Assembly (NCBI RefSeq): GCF_001457615.1
Contig: NZ_LN831024.1
Coordinates: 5,580,001 to 5,612,000, forward strand
Direction: 5' to 3'
DNA: 32,000 nucleotides
DNA from: Pseudomonas aeruginosa
Lineage (GTDB): Bacteria; Pseudomonadota; Gammaproteobacteria; Pseudomonadales; Pseudomonadaceae
Shown: positions 9,702-21,446 of the stretch, piece by piece
How the letters are laid out: the number at the start of each line of letters is the position of its first letter
How positions within the stretch are numbered: position 1 is the stretch's first letter
Translations under genes and position numbers: made by a program
Notes under the pieces: generated by a model
Database searches by the model: none
What the model was told of the DNA's origin: nothing
What the model saw: the letters and a program-made list of their open reading frames with translations, nothing else

Positions 9702-10886
9702 TCAGGACGCCAGCGGCGCCACCTGCCAATTGCCATCGCGCAGCGCCAGCTGCCGGTCGCAGCCCGCCTCGCGCGCAGAAGCCGCATCCTGCCCGGGCAG
9801 AGCCTGGACGACACGCTGCCCGTCGCGGCGCAGTCGTTGCACCGCCTGCCAGAGCCCGGCCCCTTCGGCCGGCGCCCAGATACCCGATACAGCCTGGTCC
9901 AACCGGGCCTGGCCGAGAGTGACCAGGCTTTTCAGATCGGTGGAGAAACCGGTGGCCGGGCGGGCGCGCCCGAAATCGGCACCGATATCATCATAGCGAC
10001 CGCCCTGGGCGATGGACTGGCCAACGCCGGGCACGAAGGCCGCAAACACCACGCCGGTGTGATAGTGATAGCCACGCAGCTCGCCGAGGTCGAAATACAG
10101 CGGCAAGCCGGGGAAGCGCCCGGCCAGCGAATCGGCGATCTCGATCAGCTCGTTCAGCGCCACCTGGACATCGGCCGGCGCCGCCGCCAGACGGGCACGG
10201 CCCTGCTCCAGCGCATCGCGGCCGCCACATAGCTCGGCCAGCGCACGCAACATGCCGCGCAGCTCGGCAGGCAGGTCTGCAGTCAGCGCCTCGACCTCGC
10301 CCACCGCCTTGCGCTGCAAGGCATCGAACAACTGCTGCTCGACTTCGCCGGACAGCCCTGCCGCGCGCGCCAGGCCGCGGTAGATACCGACATGGCCGAG
10401 GTCCATGTGCACGTCCGGCACTTCCGCCATCTCGAGCATTTCCAGCATCAGGCTGATCACCTCGACATCGCTGGCAGGGCTCGGATCGCCGTACAGCTCG
10501 GCGCCCAGCTGGATCGGACTACGCGAAGTGGACAGCGCGCGCGGCTGCGCATGCAGCACACTGCCGGCATAGCACAGGCGGCTCGGTCCCTCGCGGCGCA
10601 GGCTGTGCGCATCCATCCGCGCCACTTGCGGCGTAATGTCGGCACGGAAACCCATGAGCCGGCCGGACGCCGGGTCGGTCACCTTGAAGGTGCGCAGGTC
10701 AAGATCCTGTCCCGCGCCGGTGAGCAGCGACTCCAGGTATTCGATATGCGGGGTCACGACGAACTCGTAACCCCAGCGGTGGAACAGATCCAGCACCTGA
10801 CGGCGGGCTGCTTCGATGCGCGCCGCCTCCGGGGGCAGCACCTCTTCGATCCCATCTGGCAGCAGCCAGCGGTCTACCGTTGCCAT
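9702..10886 (-). CDS. hisZ: ATP phosphoribosyltransferase regulatory subunit HisZ
   Basis: 394 aa class II aaRS-like: [50 protein letters not shown]; next to purA as in other pseudomonads. Confidence 0.92.
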   Translation of the reverse strand: MATVDRWLLPDGIEEVLPPEAARIEAARRQVLDLFHRWGYEFVVTPHIEYLESLLTGAGQDLDLRTFKVTDPASGRLMGFRADITPQVARMDAHSLRREGPSRLCYAGSVLHAQPRALSTSRSPIQLGAELYGDPSPASDVEVISLMLEMLEMAEVPDVHMDLGHVGIYRGLARAAGLSGEVEQQLFDALQRKAVGEVEALTADLPAELRGMLRALAELCGGRDALEQGRARLAAAPADVQVALNELIEIADSLAGRFPGLPLYFDLGELRGYHYHTGVVFAAFVPGVGQSIAQGGRYDDIGADFGRARPATGFSTDLKSLVTLGQARLDQAVSGIWAPAEGAGLWQAVQRLRRDGQRVVQALPGQDAASAREAGCDRQLALRDGNWQVAPLAS

Positions 10887-10920
10887 TTCGCCTCTCCCCT
10901 TTCAGCCGGGCGGCACATCA

Positions 10921-11106
10921 TCAGTGAATCCAGTAAAGAAGCAGGGTGCCGAGCAGCATGCTGCCCAGCCCCACGAGACGCAGGTGACGGTCGCTCAGCC
11001 GGCCGATGCCGGTGACCGCCTCGCGCCATTGTCGCGGACACAGGAACGGCAGGATGCCTTCCAGCACCAGCACGAGACAAAAAGCGATGCCGAATTCCTG
11101 CCACAT
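10921..11106 (-). CDS. Small membrane protein, DUF2065-like (YjeT family)
   Basis: 61 aa MWQEFGIAFCLVLVLEGILPFLCPRQWREAVTGIGRLSDRHLRLVGLGSMLLGTLLLYWIH, downstream of hflC. Confidence 0.85.
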   Translation of the reverse strand: MWQEFGIAFCLVLVLEGILPFLCPRQWREAVTGIGRLSDRHLRLVGLGSMLLGTLLLYWIH

Positions 11107-11121
11107 GATTCTCGCGGACGC

Positions 11122-11144
11122 AAAAAAGCCGGGATTTCCCGGCT
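11122..11144 (-). terminator. Intrinsic terminator downstream of hflC
   Basis: Minus strand AGCCGGG-AAAT-CCCGGCT with TTTTTT. Confidence 0.85.
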
Positions 11145-11162
11145 GGCTCATCATAACACGAT

Positions 11163-11194
11163 TTCTCCGGCGGGCGCTGCCGCCCGCCGGAGAA
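11163..11194 (-). other. Perfect 14-bp GC-rich hairpin just after hflC
   Basis: TTCTCCGGCGGGCG-CTGC-CGCCCGCCGGAGAA on the plus strand. Confidence 0.75.
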
Positions 11195-11201
11195 CCGAGT
11201 A

Positions 11202-12071
11202 TTACTTGTTGGCCTTGTTCAGATAGCGGAAGAACTCGCTGCTCGGATCGAGCACCAGTACGTCGCGCTTCTCGGCGAAGCTTTCGCGATACGCCTTCAG
11301 GCTACGGTAGAAGGAATAGAACTCCGGATCCTGGTTGTAGGCCTTGGCATAGATCGCGGCAGCCTTGGAGTCGCCGTCACCGCGGGTCTCTTCCGACTCG
11401 CGGTAGGCTTCGGCAACGATTACCCGGCGCTGGCGATCGGCGTCGGCACGAATGCCTTCGGCCAGTTCGCGACCCTTGGCGCGGTGCTCGCGGGCCTCGC
11501 GCTCACGCTCGGTGCTCATCCGCTCGAAGACGCTGCGGTTGACTTCCTTCGGCAGGTCGATGGCCTTGACCCGCACGTCGATCACCTCGATACCCAGTTC
11601 CTTCTGCGCCATGCGGTTCAGCGAAGCGGTGATGTCGCCCATCAGCGCGTCGCGCTCGCCCGATACCACTTCATGCAGGGTACGCTTGCCGAACTGGTCG
11701 CGCAGACCCGCTTCGAGACGCCGCGACAGGCGTTCGTCGGCGATCTGCTTGAGGCCCGAGGTAGCGGTGTAGAAGCGCTCGGCATCCGCCACCCGCCACT
11801 TGGCATAGGCATCCACCATCACCGCTTTCTTTTCCAGGGTCAGGAAGCGCTGGGTCGGGGCATCCAGGGTCAGCAGGCGAGCGTCGAACTTGCGCACCTG
11901 GTTGACGTACGGGATCTTGAAGTGCAGGCCCGGCTTGACGTCGGACTCGACCACCCGGCCGAAGCGCAACATGACCGCGCGCTCGGTCTGCTGGACTACG
12001 TAGACGCTGTTCCACAGGACGATGGCGGCGACGACACCGACGATCAGAGCGATCAAAGACTTGTTGCCCAT
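11202..12071 (-). CDS. hflC: FtsH protease modulator HflC (SPFH protein)
   Basis: 289 aa MGNKSLIALIVGVVAAIVLWNSVYVVQQTERAVMLRFGRVV; start overlaps hflK stop by 1 nt (TGATG). Confidence 0.97.
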   Translation of the reverse strand: MGNKSLIALIVGVVAAIVLWNSVYVVQQTERAVMLRFGRVVESDVKPGLHFKIPYVNQVRKFDARLLTLDAPTQRFLTLEKKAVMVDAYAKWRVADAERFYTATSGLKQIADERLSRRLEAGLRDQFGKRTLHEVVSGERDALMGDITASLNRMAQKELGIEVIDVRVKAIDLPKEVNRSVFERMSTEREREAREHRAKGRELAEGIRADADRQRRVIVAEAYRESEETRGDGDSKAAAIYAKAYNQDPEFYSFYRSLKAYRESFAEKRDVLVLDPSSEFFRYLNKANK

Positions 12072-13273
12072 CAGCGGCTCTCCCTCGTACGCGCGTCTTG
12101 CTGGCGCAGATCGTTGACGATCCGCGACCCCAGGTCGGAAGCGCTGGCGCTGCCACCACCGGCGGAAGCACCGGCCCCCGTAGCGGGCGCGGCGTTACGA
12201 CCATCGATCATCTTGTCCAGCGGCAGGTAGAGCAGGTTGTTCTGCCCCTGCTGACCGGTCACCAGCACCTTGCTGGTCTGGCTGAAGACTTCCTGCATGG
12301 TGTCCAGGTACAGACGCTCGCGCGTCACTTCCGGAGCCTTGCGATATTCCACCAGCAGCTTGGAGAAGCGATCCGCCTCGCCCTGGGCGCGCGAAATCAC
12401 CTCGTCGCGGTAACCGTTGGCTTCTTCGATGATGCGCTGGGCCTGGCCACGTGCCTCCGGCACCACGCCGTTGGCATAGGCTTCGGCCTGGTTCTTCTCG
12501 CGCTGCTCGTCCTCGCGGGCCCGGATCACGTCGTCGAACGCTTCCTGCACCTCACGCGGTACCTGGGCGCTCTGGATGTTCACCTGGGTCACGGTGATAC
12601 CGGTCCTGTAGGTATCCAGGAAGCGTTGCAGGCGCTCGCGCACCTCGGTCGCCATCTGCTCGCGGCCTTCGGTGAGGATCCGGTCCATGGTGGTGGAGCC
12701 GGCGACATGCCGCAGCGCGCTCTCGGTCGCCTGCTGCAGGCTGACCTCGGGCTGGTCGACGTTGAGCACGAAGTCCTGCAGGTTGCTGATCTTGTACTGC
12801 ACGGTCAGCGGCACTTCGACGATGTTCTCGTCCTCGGTGAGCATCTGCCCCTGCTTGCTGTACGCACGCTCGCGGGTGACGTTCTCCTGGAAGCGCTTGT
12901 CGATCGGCGGGAAGTAGAAGTTCAGGCCGGGACCGACCGTCTCGTAATACTTGCCGAAGCGCAGGATGACCGCCTGCTCCTGCTCGTCCACCACATAGAT
13001 GGCGTTGTACAGCCAGAGCACGGCGAGGATCGCCAGGCCGATGCCGAACAGGCCCAGGCCACCGCCCTTGCCGCCGGAACCGGAGCCGGAACCGTTGCCA
13101 CTGCGTTTTTTTCCACCGAACAGCCCGTTCAGGCTGTCCTGAAGCTTGCGGAAAGCCTCATCCAGGTCGGGCGGCCCCTTGCGGTCACCACCGCCGCCAC
13201 CACCACCGCGGCGGCCTCCCCACGGGTCTCGATCGTTGTTGTTCGAGTTGTCACCCGGCTCGTTCCAAGCCAT
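12071..13273 (-). CDS. hflK: FtsH protease modulator HflK (SPFH protein)
   Basis: MAWNEPGDNSNNNDRDPWGGRRGGGGGGGDRKGPPDLDEAFRKL; NAIYVVDEQEQAVILRFGKY. Confidence 0.97.
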   Translation of the reverse strand: MAWNEPGDNSNNNDRDPWGGRRGGGGGGGDRKGPPDLDEAFRKLQDSLNGLFGGKKRSGNGSGSGSGGKGGGLGLFGIGLAILAVLWLYNAIYVVDEQEQAVILRFGKYYETVGPGLNFYFPPIDKRFQENVTRERAYSKQGQMLTEDENIVEVPLTVQYKISNLQDFVLNVDQPEVSLQQATESALRHVAGSTTMDRILTEGREQMATEVRERLQRFLDTYRTGITVTQVNIQSAQVPREVQEAFDDVIRAREDEQREKNQAEAYANGVVPEARGQAQRIIEEANGYRDEVISRAQGEADRFSKLLVEYRKAPEVTRERLYLDTMQEVFSQTSKVLVTGQQGQNNLLYLPLDKMIDGRNAAPATGAGASAGGGSASASDLGSRIVNDLRQQDARTRESR

Positions 13274-13367
13274 AGCGCTCTCCATCTAGTAACGCGAAAC
13301 GCGCCTGCGGCGCGGCCACCCATGCTACCGAATGCCCTGCCCGCTGCCAAAAGCAGCGATACGGGCT

Positions 13368-14669
13368 TTATTGCAAAGTGTGTTGCGCAACGAACTCCGC
13401 CGGCTGCCAGCCAGCGCGGCTCGCCAGGCGGTTCAACTCGGCCCGCGGCAGGCGCACCTGCAGCAGGGTACAACCCTCCTCATCGTGCGCCTCGGACTGC
13501 ACCGCGCCCAGTTCGAACAACTGGGCGCGCAGGCGCCCGAGCCGCTGGGGCAGACGCAAGGTTCCGACGAACAGGTCCTCGCCAAGCAGCTCGGCGATGG
13601 CCTGGCGCAACAGGTCGAGGCCTTCGCCGGTCTGCGCCGACAGCCAGACGCGCACCGGCTTGCCGGAGTCGTCGCGCTGGATGTGCGGCTCGACCGAGGG
13701 TAGCAGGTCAACCTTGTTATAGACCTCGAGCATCGGCAATTCGTTGGCGCCGATCTCGCCGAGCACCGCCAGCACCTGCTCGACCTGCGCATCCCGTTCG
13801 GGCTCGTAGGCGTCGATCACGTGCAGCAGGAGGTCGGCGTTGCTCGACTCTTCCAGCGTAGCGCGGAAGGCCTCCACCAACTTGTGCGGCAGGTGGCGGA
13901 TGAAGCCCACCGTGTCGGCCAGCACCACCGGCCCGAGATCGTCCAGTTGCAGGCGACGCAGGGTGGGGTCGAGGGTGGCGAACAACTGGTTGGCGGCATA
14001 CACCTCGGAGGCGGTGAGCGCATTGAACAGGGTCGATTTGCCGGCGTTGGTATAGCCGACCAGGGAGACCGCCGGGATATCCGCGCGCTTGCGCCCGCGT
14101 CGAGCCTGCTCGCGCTGGCTGCGGACCTTCTCCAGGCGCTGCTTGATCTGGCGGATGCGCACGCGCAGCAGGCGTCGGTCGGTTTCCAGCTGGGTCTCGC
14201 CCGGACCGCGCAGACCGATACCGCCTTTCTGCCGTTCGAGGTGGGTCCAGCCGCGTACCAGCCGCGTACTCATGTGCTCCAGTTGCGCCAGTTCCACCTG
14301 CAACTTGCCTTCGTGGGTACGTGCGCGCTGGGCGAAGATGTCGAGGATCAGCCCGGTCCGGTCGAGTACGCGGCACTCGAACGCACGCTCGAGGTTGCGC
14401 TCCTGGCTGGGCGTCAAGGTGTGGTTGAAAATCACCAGCTCGACGTTTTCGGCCTTGACCAGGTCGTGCAACTCCTCGACCTTGCCACTGCCGATAAGAT
14501 ATTTGGCGCTCGGCTGGTGGCGGGAGACGCTGACGAATGCCACCGTTTCCGCGCCGGCCGAACGCACCAGCTCCTGGAACTCCTGCGGGTCTTCACGCGC
14601 CTCGGGGTTCTGCCCTTCCAGATGCACCAGAACAGCCTGTTCCCCACCACCTGGGCGCTCAAAGAACAA
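13368..14669 (-). CDS. hflX: Ribosome-associated GTPase HflX
   Basis: 433 aa; VSLVGYTNAGKSTLFNALT (G1), DTVGFIRHLPHKLVEAFRATLEE; N-terminal HflX domain motifs. Confidence 0.97.
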   Translation of the reverse strand: MFFERPGGGEQAVLVHLEGQNPEAREDPQEFQELVRSAGAETVAFVSVSRHQPSAKYLIGSGKVEELHDLVKAENVELVIFNHTLTPSQERNLERAFECRVLDRTGLILDIFAQRARTHEGKLQVELAQLEHMSTRLVRGWTHLERQKGGIGLRGPGETQLETDRRLLRVRIRQIKQRLEKVRSQREQARRGRKRADIPAVSLVGYTNAGKSTLFNALTASEVYAANQLFATLDPTLRRLQLDDLGPVVLADTVGFIRHLPHKLVEAFRATLEESSNADLLLHVIDAYEPERDAQVEQVLAVLGEIGANELPMLEVYNKVDLLPSVEPHIQRDDSGKPVRVWLSAQTGEGLDLLRQAIAELLGEDLFVGTLRLPQRLGRLRAQLFELGAVQSEAHDEEGCTLLQVRLPRAELNRLASRAGWQPAEFVAQHTLQ

Positions 14670-14681
14670 AGCGGACTCCCG

Positions 14682-15035
<354 letters not shown>

Positions 15036-16007
15036 TCAGGCCAATATGGAGACCGTTTTCAGGTATTTCAAGGCACGCGGCAGATTGTCACCTGCTAGGC
15101 TGTCCATCCAGTGTAGATGGCTCCAGCTTCGCAGCCAGGTGAACTGGCGCTTGGCCAACTGGCGGGTAGCGATGATGCCGCGCTCGGTCATTTCAGCGTA
15201 GGACAGCTTGCCATCCAGGTAATCCCACACCTGACGGTAACCCACGGCTCTAATAGACGGTAATCCTGCATGCAAGTCACTTCTGGCATGCAGTGCTTCG
15301 ACCTCGGCGATGAAACCCTGTTCCAGCATCTGGCGAAAACGCTGCGCAATCCGCGCGTGCAACACCTGGCGCTGCTCGGGAGCAATCGCCAGCTGAGCGA
15401 CAGTATACGGCAATTGATTCCTGCCTGACGCGTCAAAATCCGCCTTTTCAGCGCTTTGCCGGCGACGCAGGTCGCTCATCGACACCCCGCCGAGGCGATA
15501 CACCTCGAGCGCCCGCATCAGTCGCTGCGGGTCGTTGGGGTGGATACGCGCAGCCGATTCCGGGTCGACCTCGGCGAGTTGCCGGTGCAGCGCCTCCCAA
15601 CCTTCGGCCTGGGCCTCGGCCTCGATCGCCGCGCGCACCTCGGGATCGGCGCCGGGCATGTCGGCCAGGCCCTCGAGCAACGCCTTGTAATAGAGCATGG
15701 TGCCCCCCACCAGCAGGGGAATCCTGCCGCGCGCGGTGGCCTCGGCCATCGCCGCCAGGGCGTCGGCGCGAAACTCCGCGGCCGAATAGCTCTCCGCCGG
15801 GTCGCGGATATCGATCAGGCGGTGCGGATAGCGCGCCAGCAGCTCCCGGGAAGGCTTGGCCGTACCGATATCCATGCCGCGGTAGATCAGCGCCGAGTCG
15901 ACGCTGATCAGCTCGCAGGGCAGCGCATCGGCCAGCGCCATCGCCAGGTCGGTCTTGCCGGCGGCGGTCGGCCCCATGAGAAAGATGGCGGGAGGCAGGG
16001 AAGACAT
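15036..16007 (-). CDS. miaA: tRNA dimethylallyltransferase MiaA
   Basis: 323 aa from [52 protein letters not shown]. The ORF track start at 16061 would place an intergenic hairpin in the coding region. Confidence 0.96.
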   Translation of the reverse strand: MSSLPPAIFLMGPTAAGKTDLAMALADALPCELISVDSALIYRGMDIGTAKPSRELLARYPHRLIDIRDPAESYSAAEFRADALAAMAEATARGRIPLLVGGTMLYYKALLEGLADMPGADPEVRAAIEAEAQAEGWEALHRQLAEVDPESAARIHPNDPQRLMRALEVYRLGGVSMSDLRRRQSAEKADFDASGRNQLPYTVAQLAIAPEQRQVLHARIAQRFRQMLEQGFIAEVEALHARSDLHAGLPSIRAVGYRQVWDYLDGKLSYAEMTERGIIATRQLAKRQFTWLRSWSHLHWMDSLAGDNLPRALKYLKTVSILA

Positions 16008-16032
16008 CGGAACGCTCTTGGACAAAGCGCAT

Positions 16033-16057
16033 AGCTTCGGGCTTTGCGCCCGAAGCT
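16033..16057 (-). other. Perfect 10-bp hairpin between mutL and miaA
   Basis: AGCTTCGGGC-TTTGC-GCCCGAAGCT. Confidence 0.75.
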
Positions 16058-16064
16058 GCAAGGC

Positions 16065-17966
16065 TCAGCGTCCGCGCAGGAAGAGCTTGTCCAGCTCGTC
16101 CAGGCCCAGTTGGGTCCAGGTCGGACGCCCATGGTTGCACTGGCCGCTACGCTCGGTGATTTCCATGTCGCGCAACAGGGCGTTCATTTCCGGCAGGGTC
16201 AGGCGCCGGTTGGCGCGCACCGCACCATGGCAGGCCATGGTGCCGAGCAACTCGTTCAGGTGCGCCTGGATACGGTCGCTGGTGCCGTATTCCAGCAGGT
16301 CGGCGATGACATCGCGCACCAACTGGGTCGCCTCAGCCTGCTTGAGCAGCGCAGGGATCTGCCGGATCGCCAGGCTTTCCGGCCCCAGGCGCTGCAGCTC
16401 GAAGCCCAGGCGCTGGAACCAGCTGGAATGCTCTTCCGCGCAATCCGCCTCGCGCTCGCTGACCGCGATCGACTCCGGCACCAGCAACGGCTGCCCACGC
16501 AAGCCTTCGCTGGCCATCGCCACCTTGAGGCGCTCGTAGGTGATCCGCTCGTGGGCCGCGTGCATGTCCACCAGCACCAGGCCGTGGGCGTTCTCGGCGA
16601 GAATGTAGATGCCCTTGAGCTGCGCCAGGGCGTAACCCAGCGGCGGGATGTCCTGGGCGCTCTCGGGCAACGCGGCTGGCGCCTCGCTCGCGGGTAACGG
16701 CGCGAAGTAGGCCTTGTAGGCGCCACCGGCCTCGGCCAGAGAGGGCGGCGCCTCCGGCCGGGTATAGGCGGAATAGCCGGAGGAGCCGCCGGAGGCCGAT
16801 GAGCCGCCACTCCAGCCCACCCGTGCCGCCGGACTCTCCAGCACGCTCTCGGCCAGGCGCATCTCGCCCTGCGGGCCGAACTCGCCGGCGGCAGCGCCGG
16901 TCGGACGCGGCTCGGTCAGGCTGGTCGCCCCGGGCGGCGCGAGCTGGTCGTCGGGACGGACCTCGCCCAGCGCACGATGCAAGGTGCCATAGAGGAAGTC
17001 ATGGACCATCCGGCTGTCACGGAAGCGAACTTCGTGCTTGGTCGGGTGCACGTTGACGTCCACCACCGCCGGATCGACTTCGAAGAACAGCACGAAGGTC
17101 GGATGCCGGCCGTTGTACAGCACGTCGCGATAAGCCTGGCGCACCGCGTGGGCGACCAGCTTGTCGCGCACCATGCGCCCGTTCACATAGAAGTACTGCA
17201 GGTCCGGCTGGCTGCGGGAGAAGGTCGGCAAGCCGACCCAACCCCACAGGTGCAGGCCGTTGCGCTCGACCTCGATCGGCAGCGCCTGCTCGAGGAATGC
17301 CTGGCCGCACACCGCGCCGACCCGGCGCGCGCGGGCCAGCTCGTCTCGCGCCTCGTGCAGGGCGAAGATGGTCTTGCCGTTGTGGCGCAGGTGGAAAGCC
17401 ACGTCGAAACGGGCCAGCGCCAGGCGCTTGATGACTTCCTGCAGATGGTCGAACTCGGTCTTCTCGGCGCGCAGGAACTTGCGCCGCGCCGGGGTGTTGA
17501 AGAACAGGTCGCGAACCTCGACGCTGGTCCCCACCGGGTGCGCCGCCGGCTGTACCCGCGGCTGCATGTCACGGCCCTCGGTTTCCACCTGCCAGGCTTC
17601 GCCGGCGTCGGCGGTACGCGAGGTCATGGTCAGGCGCGCTACCGAACTGATCGAGGCCAGCGCCTCGCCACGGAAGCCGAGGCTCATCACCCGCTCCAGG
17701 TCTTCCAGCTCGCGGATCTTGCTGGTGGCGTGGCGAGCCAGGGCCAGCGGCAGGTCGTCGGCGGGGATGCCGCGACCGTCGTCGCGCACTCGCAGCAACT
17801 TGATGCCGCCCTGCTCGACCTCCACATCAATGCGCCGGGAACCGGCGTCAAGGCTGTTTTCCAGGAGTTCCTTGGCCACCGAGGCGGGACGCTCGACCAC
17901 CTCACCGGCGGCGATCTGGTTCGCCAGCCGCGGACTCAGCAGCTGGATACGCGGTGCTTCACTCAT
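16065..17966 (-). CDS. mutL: DNA mismatch repair protein MutL
   Basis: 633 aa [42 protein letters not shown] (GHKL ATPase motif). Confidence 0.98.
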   Translation of the reverse strand: MSEAPRIQLLSPRLANQIAAGEVVERPASVAKELLENSLDAGSRRIDVEVEQGGIKLLRVRDDGRGIPADDLPLALARHATSKIRELEDLERVMSLGFRGEALASISSVARLTMTSRTADAGEAWQVETEGRDMQPRVQPAAHPVGTSVEVRDLFFNTPARRKFLRAEKTEFDHLQEVIKRLALARFDVAFHLRHNGKTIFALHEARDELARARRVGAVCGQAFLEQALPIEVERNGLHLWGWVGLPTFSRSQPDLQYFYVNGRMVRDKLVAHAVRQAYRDVLYNGRHPTFVLFFEVDPAVVDVNVHPTKHEVRFRDSRMVHDFLYGTLHRALGEVRPDDQLAPPGATSLTEPRPTGAAAGEFGPQGEMRLAESVLESPAARVGWSGGSSASGGSSGYSAYTRPEAPPSLAEAGGAYKAYFAPLPASEAPAALPESAQDIPPLGYALAQLKGIYILAENAHGLVLVDMHAAHERITYERLKVAMASEGLRGQPLLVPESIAVSEREADCAEEHSSWFQRLGFELQRLGPESLAIRQIPALLKQAEATQLVRDVIADLLEYGTSDRIQAHLNELLGTMACHGAVRANRRLTLPEMNALLRDMEITERSGQCNHGRPTWTQLGLDELDKLFLRGR

Positions 17967-19405
17967 CACTGGGCCGCCAGGGCGGTGCTCGGGATGGACA
18001 GTGCCTGGCCGACTTTCAGGTTGTCGCTGGACAGGCTGTTGCTGCTACGCAGCGCGGCCATGCTCACTTCATAGCGCTGGGCGATCATCGCCAGGGTCTC
18101 TCCGGGCCGCACCACGTGCTCGCGCGGCCCCATGGAGAGCTTGCCCTGGGCGCGCAAAGAGGCGATGTAGGTACCGGGCGGCGGGCTCTGCTGGAAATAC
18201 TGGCGGATGCCGCTGGTGATCGAACGCGCCAAGGCCTGCTGATGGCTGGCGCTGGCCAGCTTGCGCGACTCGTTGACGTTCGAGATGAAGCCGGTTTCCA
18301 CCAGGATCGACGGGATGTCGGGCGACTTCAGCACCATGAACCCGGCCTGCTCGACACGACGCTTGTGCAGCGAAGTGATGCGGCCGACATTGGTCAGTAC
18401 CTTGTGGCCGACATCCAGGCTCGACGAGAGGGTGGCGGTCATCGACAGGTCGAGCAGCACGCCGGCGAGCATCTGGTCCTTGTCGCCGAGGCTGACGCTG
18501 CCATCGCCGCCGATCAGGTCGGAACGGTTCTCGCTGTCGGCCAGCCAGCGCGCGGTTTCCGAAGTGGCGCCGCGGTCGGACAGGGCGAACACCGAGGCAC
18601 CGAAGGCGCTGCGGCTCGGCGCGGCGTCGGCATGGATCGAGACGAACAGGTCGGCGCCCTTCTTGCGGGCGATCTCGGTGCGCTTGCGCAGCGGGATGAA
18701 ATAGTCGCCGGTACGGGTCAGCTCGGCCCGGTAACCGCGCACCTGGTTGATCTGGCGTTGCAGCTCGCGAGCGATCGACAGGGTGATGTTCTTCTCGTGC
18801 AACCCGCCCGGGCCAAGGGCACCAGGGTCTTCACCGCCGTGGCCGGCGTCGATGGCGATGACGATATCGCGGGTGCCGCCCTTGGTTGGCAGCGGCAGCT
18901 TGGCCACCGGCTGGGTCGGCGTCACCGGGGTGACCGGCACGCTCGGGGTCGGCGTCGCGGGCACATCCGGGGTCAGGTCGGCGCCCTGGTCGTAGAGATC
19001 GACCACCAGGCGGTTGCCGTATTGCTGGTTGGGCGGCAGGACGAAACTTTTCGGGGTGACCTGCGCCGACAGGTCGAGGACCATGCGCAGGTCGTTGGGC
19101 GTGCGCTGGGCGGAGCGCACCGCGGTGATCGGGGTGTTGCCGAGCTTGAGACCGTTGAGCTGGGTCGCCAGCTGGGCGCCGCTGACGTCGATGACGATAC
19201 GGTTGGGCGCGGCCAGGGTGAACAGGCTGTGCTGCACCGGACCGGAGAGATCGAAGACCAGACGGGTGTTGTCCGGAGCGCGCCAGATCCGCACGCTCTT
19301 GATTTGCGCGGCGGCCAGAACCTCGCCGACCTGGCAGGCCAGCAGAATCATCACCCCAGTCAACAACGTCCGCAGACGCAAGCCCCAACCCATCGTTTTT
19401 CTCAT
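17966..19405 (-). CDS. amiB: N-acetylmuramoyl-L-alanine amidase AmiB (Amidase_3 plus LysM)
   Basis: Catalytic motifs [19 protein letters not shown] and SIHADA; C-terminal Lys[29 protein letters not shown]. Start could be 19405 (ATGA overlap with tsaE) or 19393 (MGWGLR...). Confidence 0.94.
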   Translation of the reverse strand: MRKTMGWGLRLRTLLTGVMILLACQVGEVLAAAQIKSVRIWRAPDNTRLVFDLSGPVQHSLFTLAAPNRIVIDVSGAQLATQLNGLKLGNTPITAVRSAQRTPNDLRMVLDLSAQVTPKSFVLPPNQQYGNRLVVDLYDQGADLTPDVPATPTPSVPVTPVTPTQPVAKLPLPTKGGTRDIVIAIDAGHGGEDPGALGPGGLHEKNITLSIARELQRQINQVRGYRAELTRTGDYFIPLRKRTEIARKKGADLFVSIHADAAPSRSAFGASVFALSDRGATSETARWLADSENRSDLIGGDGSVSLGDKDQMLAGVLLDLSMTATLSSSLDVGHKVLTNVGRITSLHKRRVEQAGFMVLKSPDIPSILVETGFISNVNESRKLASASHQQALARSITSGIRQYFQQSPPPGTYIASLRAQGKLSMGPREHVVRPGETLAMIAQRYEVSMAALRSSNSLSSDNLKVGQALSIPSTALAAQ

Positions 19406-19878
19406 GCTCCCATGGTCAGGGTGGCACACCAGGCTTCGCCCCGCGCACCGTGCGGTACCAGGCGCAGTGTCCGTCCACCCGCTTGGGCAGTAATGGTAAT
19501 GTCCAGATCGGCGGTTGGCAAAACGCCCGCACCGCGCTCGGGCCACTCGATCAGACAGAGTGCGCTGCCGTCGAAATAGTCGCGGATGCCGAAGAACTCC
19601 AATTCCTCCGCATCGGCGAGCCGGTACAGGTCGAAATGGTAGGCGCGCAGCTCGCCGATTTCGTAAGGCTCGATCAGGGTAAAGGTCGGGCTTTTCACCG
19701 AGCCGGCATGGCCGAGGCCGCGCAGGATGCCACGCGAGAGGGTGGTCTTGCCGGCGCCGAGGTCGCCATGCAGGTAGATCACCCCCTGCCCCCCGCTGGC
19801 CCGGGCGATGCGCCCGCCCAGTTCGAGCATCGCGTCTTCCCCTTCGGCGGACAGGATCACTTCAGACACGGACTGCAC
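19402..19878 (-). CDS. tsaE: tRNA threonylcarbamoyladenosine biosynthesis ATPase TsaE (YjeE)
   Basis: 158 aa; Walker [45 protein letters not shown]. Confidence 0.95.
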   Translation of the reverse strand: MQSVSEVILSAEGEDAMLELGGRIARASGGQGVIYLHGDLGAGKTTLSRGILRGLGHAGSVKSPTFTLIEPYEIGELRAYHFDLYRLADAEELEFFGIRDYFDGSALCLIEWPERGAGVLPTADLDITITAQAGGRTLRLVPHGARGEAWCATLTMGA

Positions 19879-21365
19879 TCCTCGAGCAACTGACGAACGG
19901 TAGGTATGAGATCGGTCGCCGCCAGCCCACGCCCCTGGGCGCCGAGCCGCTCACCGGCGGCGGCATGCAGCCAGACCGCCAGGCAGGCCGCCTCGAACGC
20001 CTCCACGCGCTGGGCCAGCAAGGCACCGGTGATGCCCGACAGCACGTCACCCAGGCCGGCACCAGCCATCGCCGGATGCCCCTGGGAACAGACGGCAAGT
20101 CGTCCGTCGGGCGCGGCGACCAGGCTGCCGGCGCCCTTCAGCACCACCACCGCCTGGTAGCGACGCGCCAGTTCCAGCGCCGCCGCCGGGCGGTCCGCCT
20201 GCACCTCGGCGGTCGAGCGACCCAACAGGCGCGCGGCCTCGCCGGGATGCGGCGTCAGAATCCATGTCCGCGGCCCTGCTCCGACCGGTTCCAGGGCCAG
20301 CAGGTTCAACGCGTCGGCATCCCAGACCTGCGGCAACGGTCGCGACCGGACAGCGCTCAGCAGGCTACGCCCCCAGGCGCGCTGGCCAAGACCGGGACCG
20401 AGCACCAGCACGCTGGCGCGTTCGGCAAGGGCCAGCAGTTGGTTCGCCGACGCCACGCCATGGGCCATGACCTCGGGACAACGGCTCAGCAACGCCGGCA
20501 CATATTCGACGCGGGTCGCCACCGAGACCAGCCCGGCGCCGCAGCGCAGGGCGCTTTCCGCGGCCAGTAGCACTGCCCCGCCCATGCCGGTGTCGCCGCC
20601 GACCACCAGCAGGTGGCCGAACAGCCCCTTGTGCGCGGTCCGCGGCCGCGCTGCCAGACTCGGCAGGGCATTTCGTGCCAAACGGTGGGCCCGGGGCTGG
20701 AGCCCTTGCAACACGACGGCGTCGCTGCCGAGTTCGTCGAACACCAGCTCGCCGACCCGTGCCGGCGCCTCGCCAGTGAACAGCCCGATCTTCAGGCCGA
20801 TGAAAGTCACTGTCAGATCCGCCCTGATCGCTTCCCCCAATACCGCACCGGTGTCGGCGCTCAAGCCGGAAGGAATATCCACCGCCAGCACCGGCAGGTC
20901 GGCGGCGTTGGCCAAGCGGATGGCCTGCGCAAAGGGCTCGCGCACGGCACCTGCCAGGCCGGTGCCGAGCAATGCATCCACTACTACGCCCTCGAGCACG
21001 GCGCACTCACTCCAGGGCTCCACCACGACCCCGGTCGCCAGCGCGGCGGCATGCGCCTGCGCCGCGTCGCCGGCAAGCCGCTGCGGCGCCGCGACCGCCA
21101 GCACCCGCACTCGCCAACCCGCACGTTGCGCCAGCGCCGCGATCAGGTAGCCGTCGCCGGCATTGTTGCCGTGCCCGGCGAGCACCGTCAGCGCCGCGGC
21201 CTCCGGCCAACGGCGGCGCAAGGCACGCCAGGCGGCGTGGGCGGCGCGCTGCATGAGTTCGAAGCCCGGCGTACCGGCGGCGATCAGGCGCGCATCGAGG
21301 TCGCGCACCTGGGCGGCGGAATAGAGGGCGAGTGGCAGGTCGTCGTGCTGGAAGGTCATGGTCAT
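19857..21365 (-). CDS. nnr: Bifunctional NAD(P)H-hydrate epimerase/dehydratase (YjeF family)
   Basis: 502 aa; N-terminal [16 protein letters not shown] and C-terminal ADP-dependent dehydratase [27 protein letters not shown]. Confidence 0.95.
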   Translation of the reverse strand: MTMTFQHDDLPLALYSAAQVRDLDARLIAAGTPGFELMQRAAHAAWRALRRRWPEAAALTVLAGHGNNAGDGYLIAALAQRAGWRVRVLAVAAPQRLAGDAAQAHAAALATGVVVEPWSECAVLEGVVVDALLGTGLAGAVREPFAQAIRLANAADLPVLAVDIPSGLSADTGAVLGEAIRADLTVTFIGLKIGLFTGEAPARVGELVFDELGSDAVVLQGLQPRAHRLARNALPSLAARPRTAHKGLFGHLLVVGGDTGMGGAVLLAAESALRCGAGLVSVATRVEYVPALLSRCPEVMAHGVASANQLLALAERASVLVLGPGLGQRAWGRSLLSAVRSRPLPQVWDADALNLLALEPVGAGPRTWILTPHPGEAARLLGRSTAEVQADRPAAALELARRYQAVVVLKGAGSLVAAPDGRLAVCSQGHPAMAGAGLGDVLSGITGALLAQRVEAFEAACLAVWLHAAAGERLGAQGRGLAATDLIPTVRQLLEECSPCLK

Positions 21366-21401
21366 CGGATCGATTCGGCGTCAGGCGCGCAGTCTGGCAG
21401 A

Positions 21402-21407
21402 ATTATA
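21402..21407 (-). promoter_or_regulatory. Candidate -10 element upstream of nnr
   Basis: Perfect TATAAT on the minus strand, about 40 nt upstream of the nnr start; the matching -35 is poor. Confidence 0.4.
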
Positions 21408-21446
21408 CCTATCCCATTTCGCTTTCCCTCGTCTTCGTTGCCTCCC

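Noticed and set aside
12098-13861. 587-aa plus-strand ORF antisense to hflK and hflX
   Set aside because: Shadow ORF spanning hflK, the gap and the 3' part of hflX; no recognisable protein.
17954-19579. 541-aa plus-strand ORF antisense to amiB
   Set aside because: Mirror of the amiB coding frame with no independent evidence.
20613-21446. N-terminal extension of the queG frame (ORF track start 20613)
   Set aside because: The first ~278 codons run antisense through nnr; conserved QueG sequence begins at the ATG at 21447.
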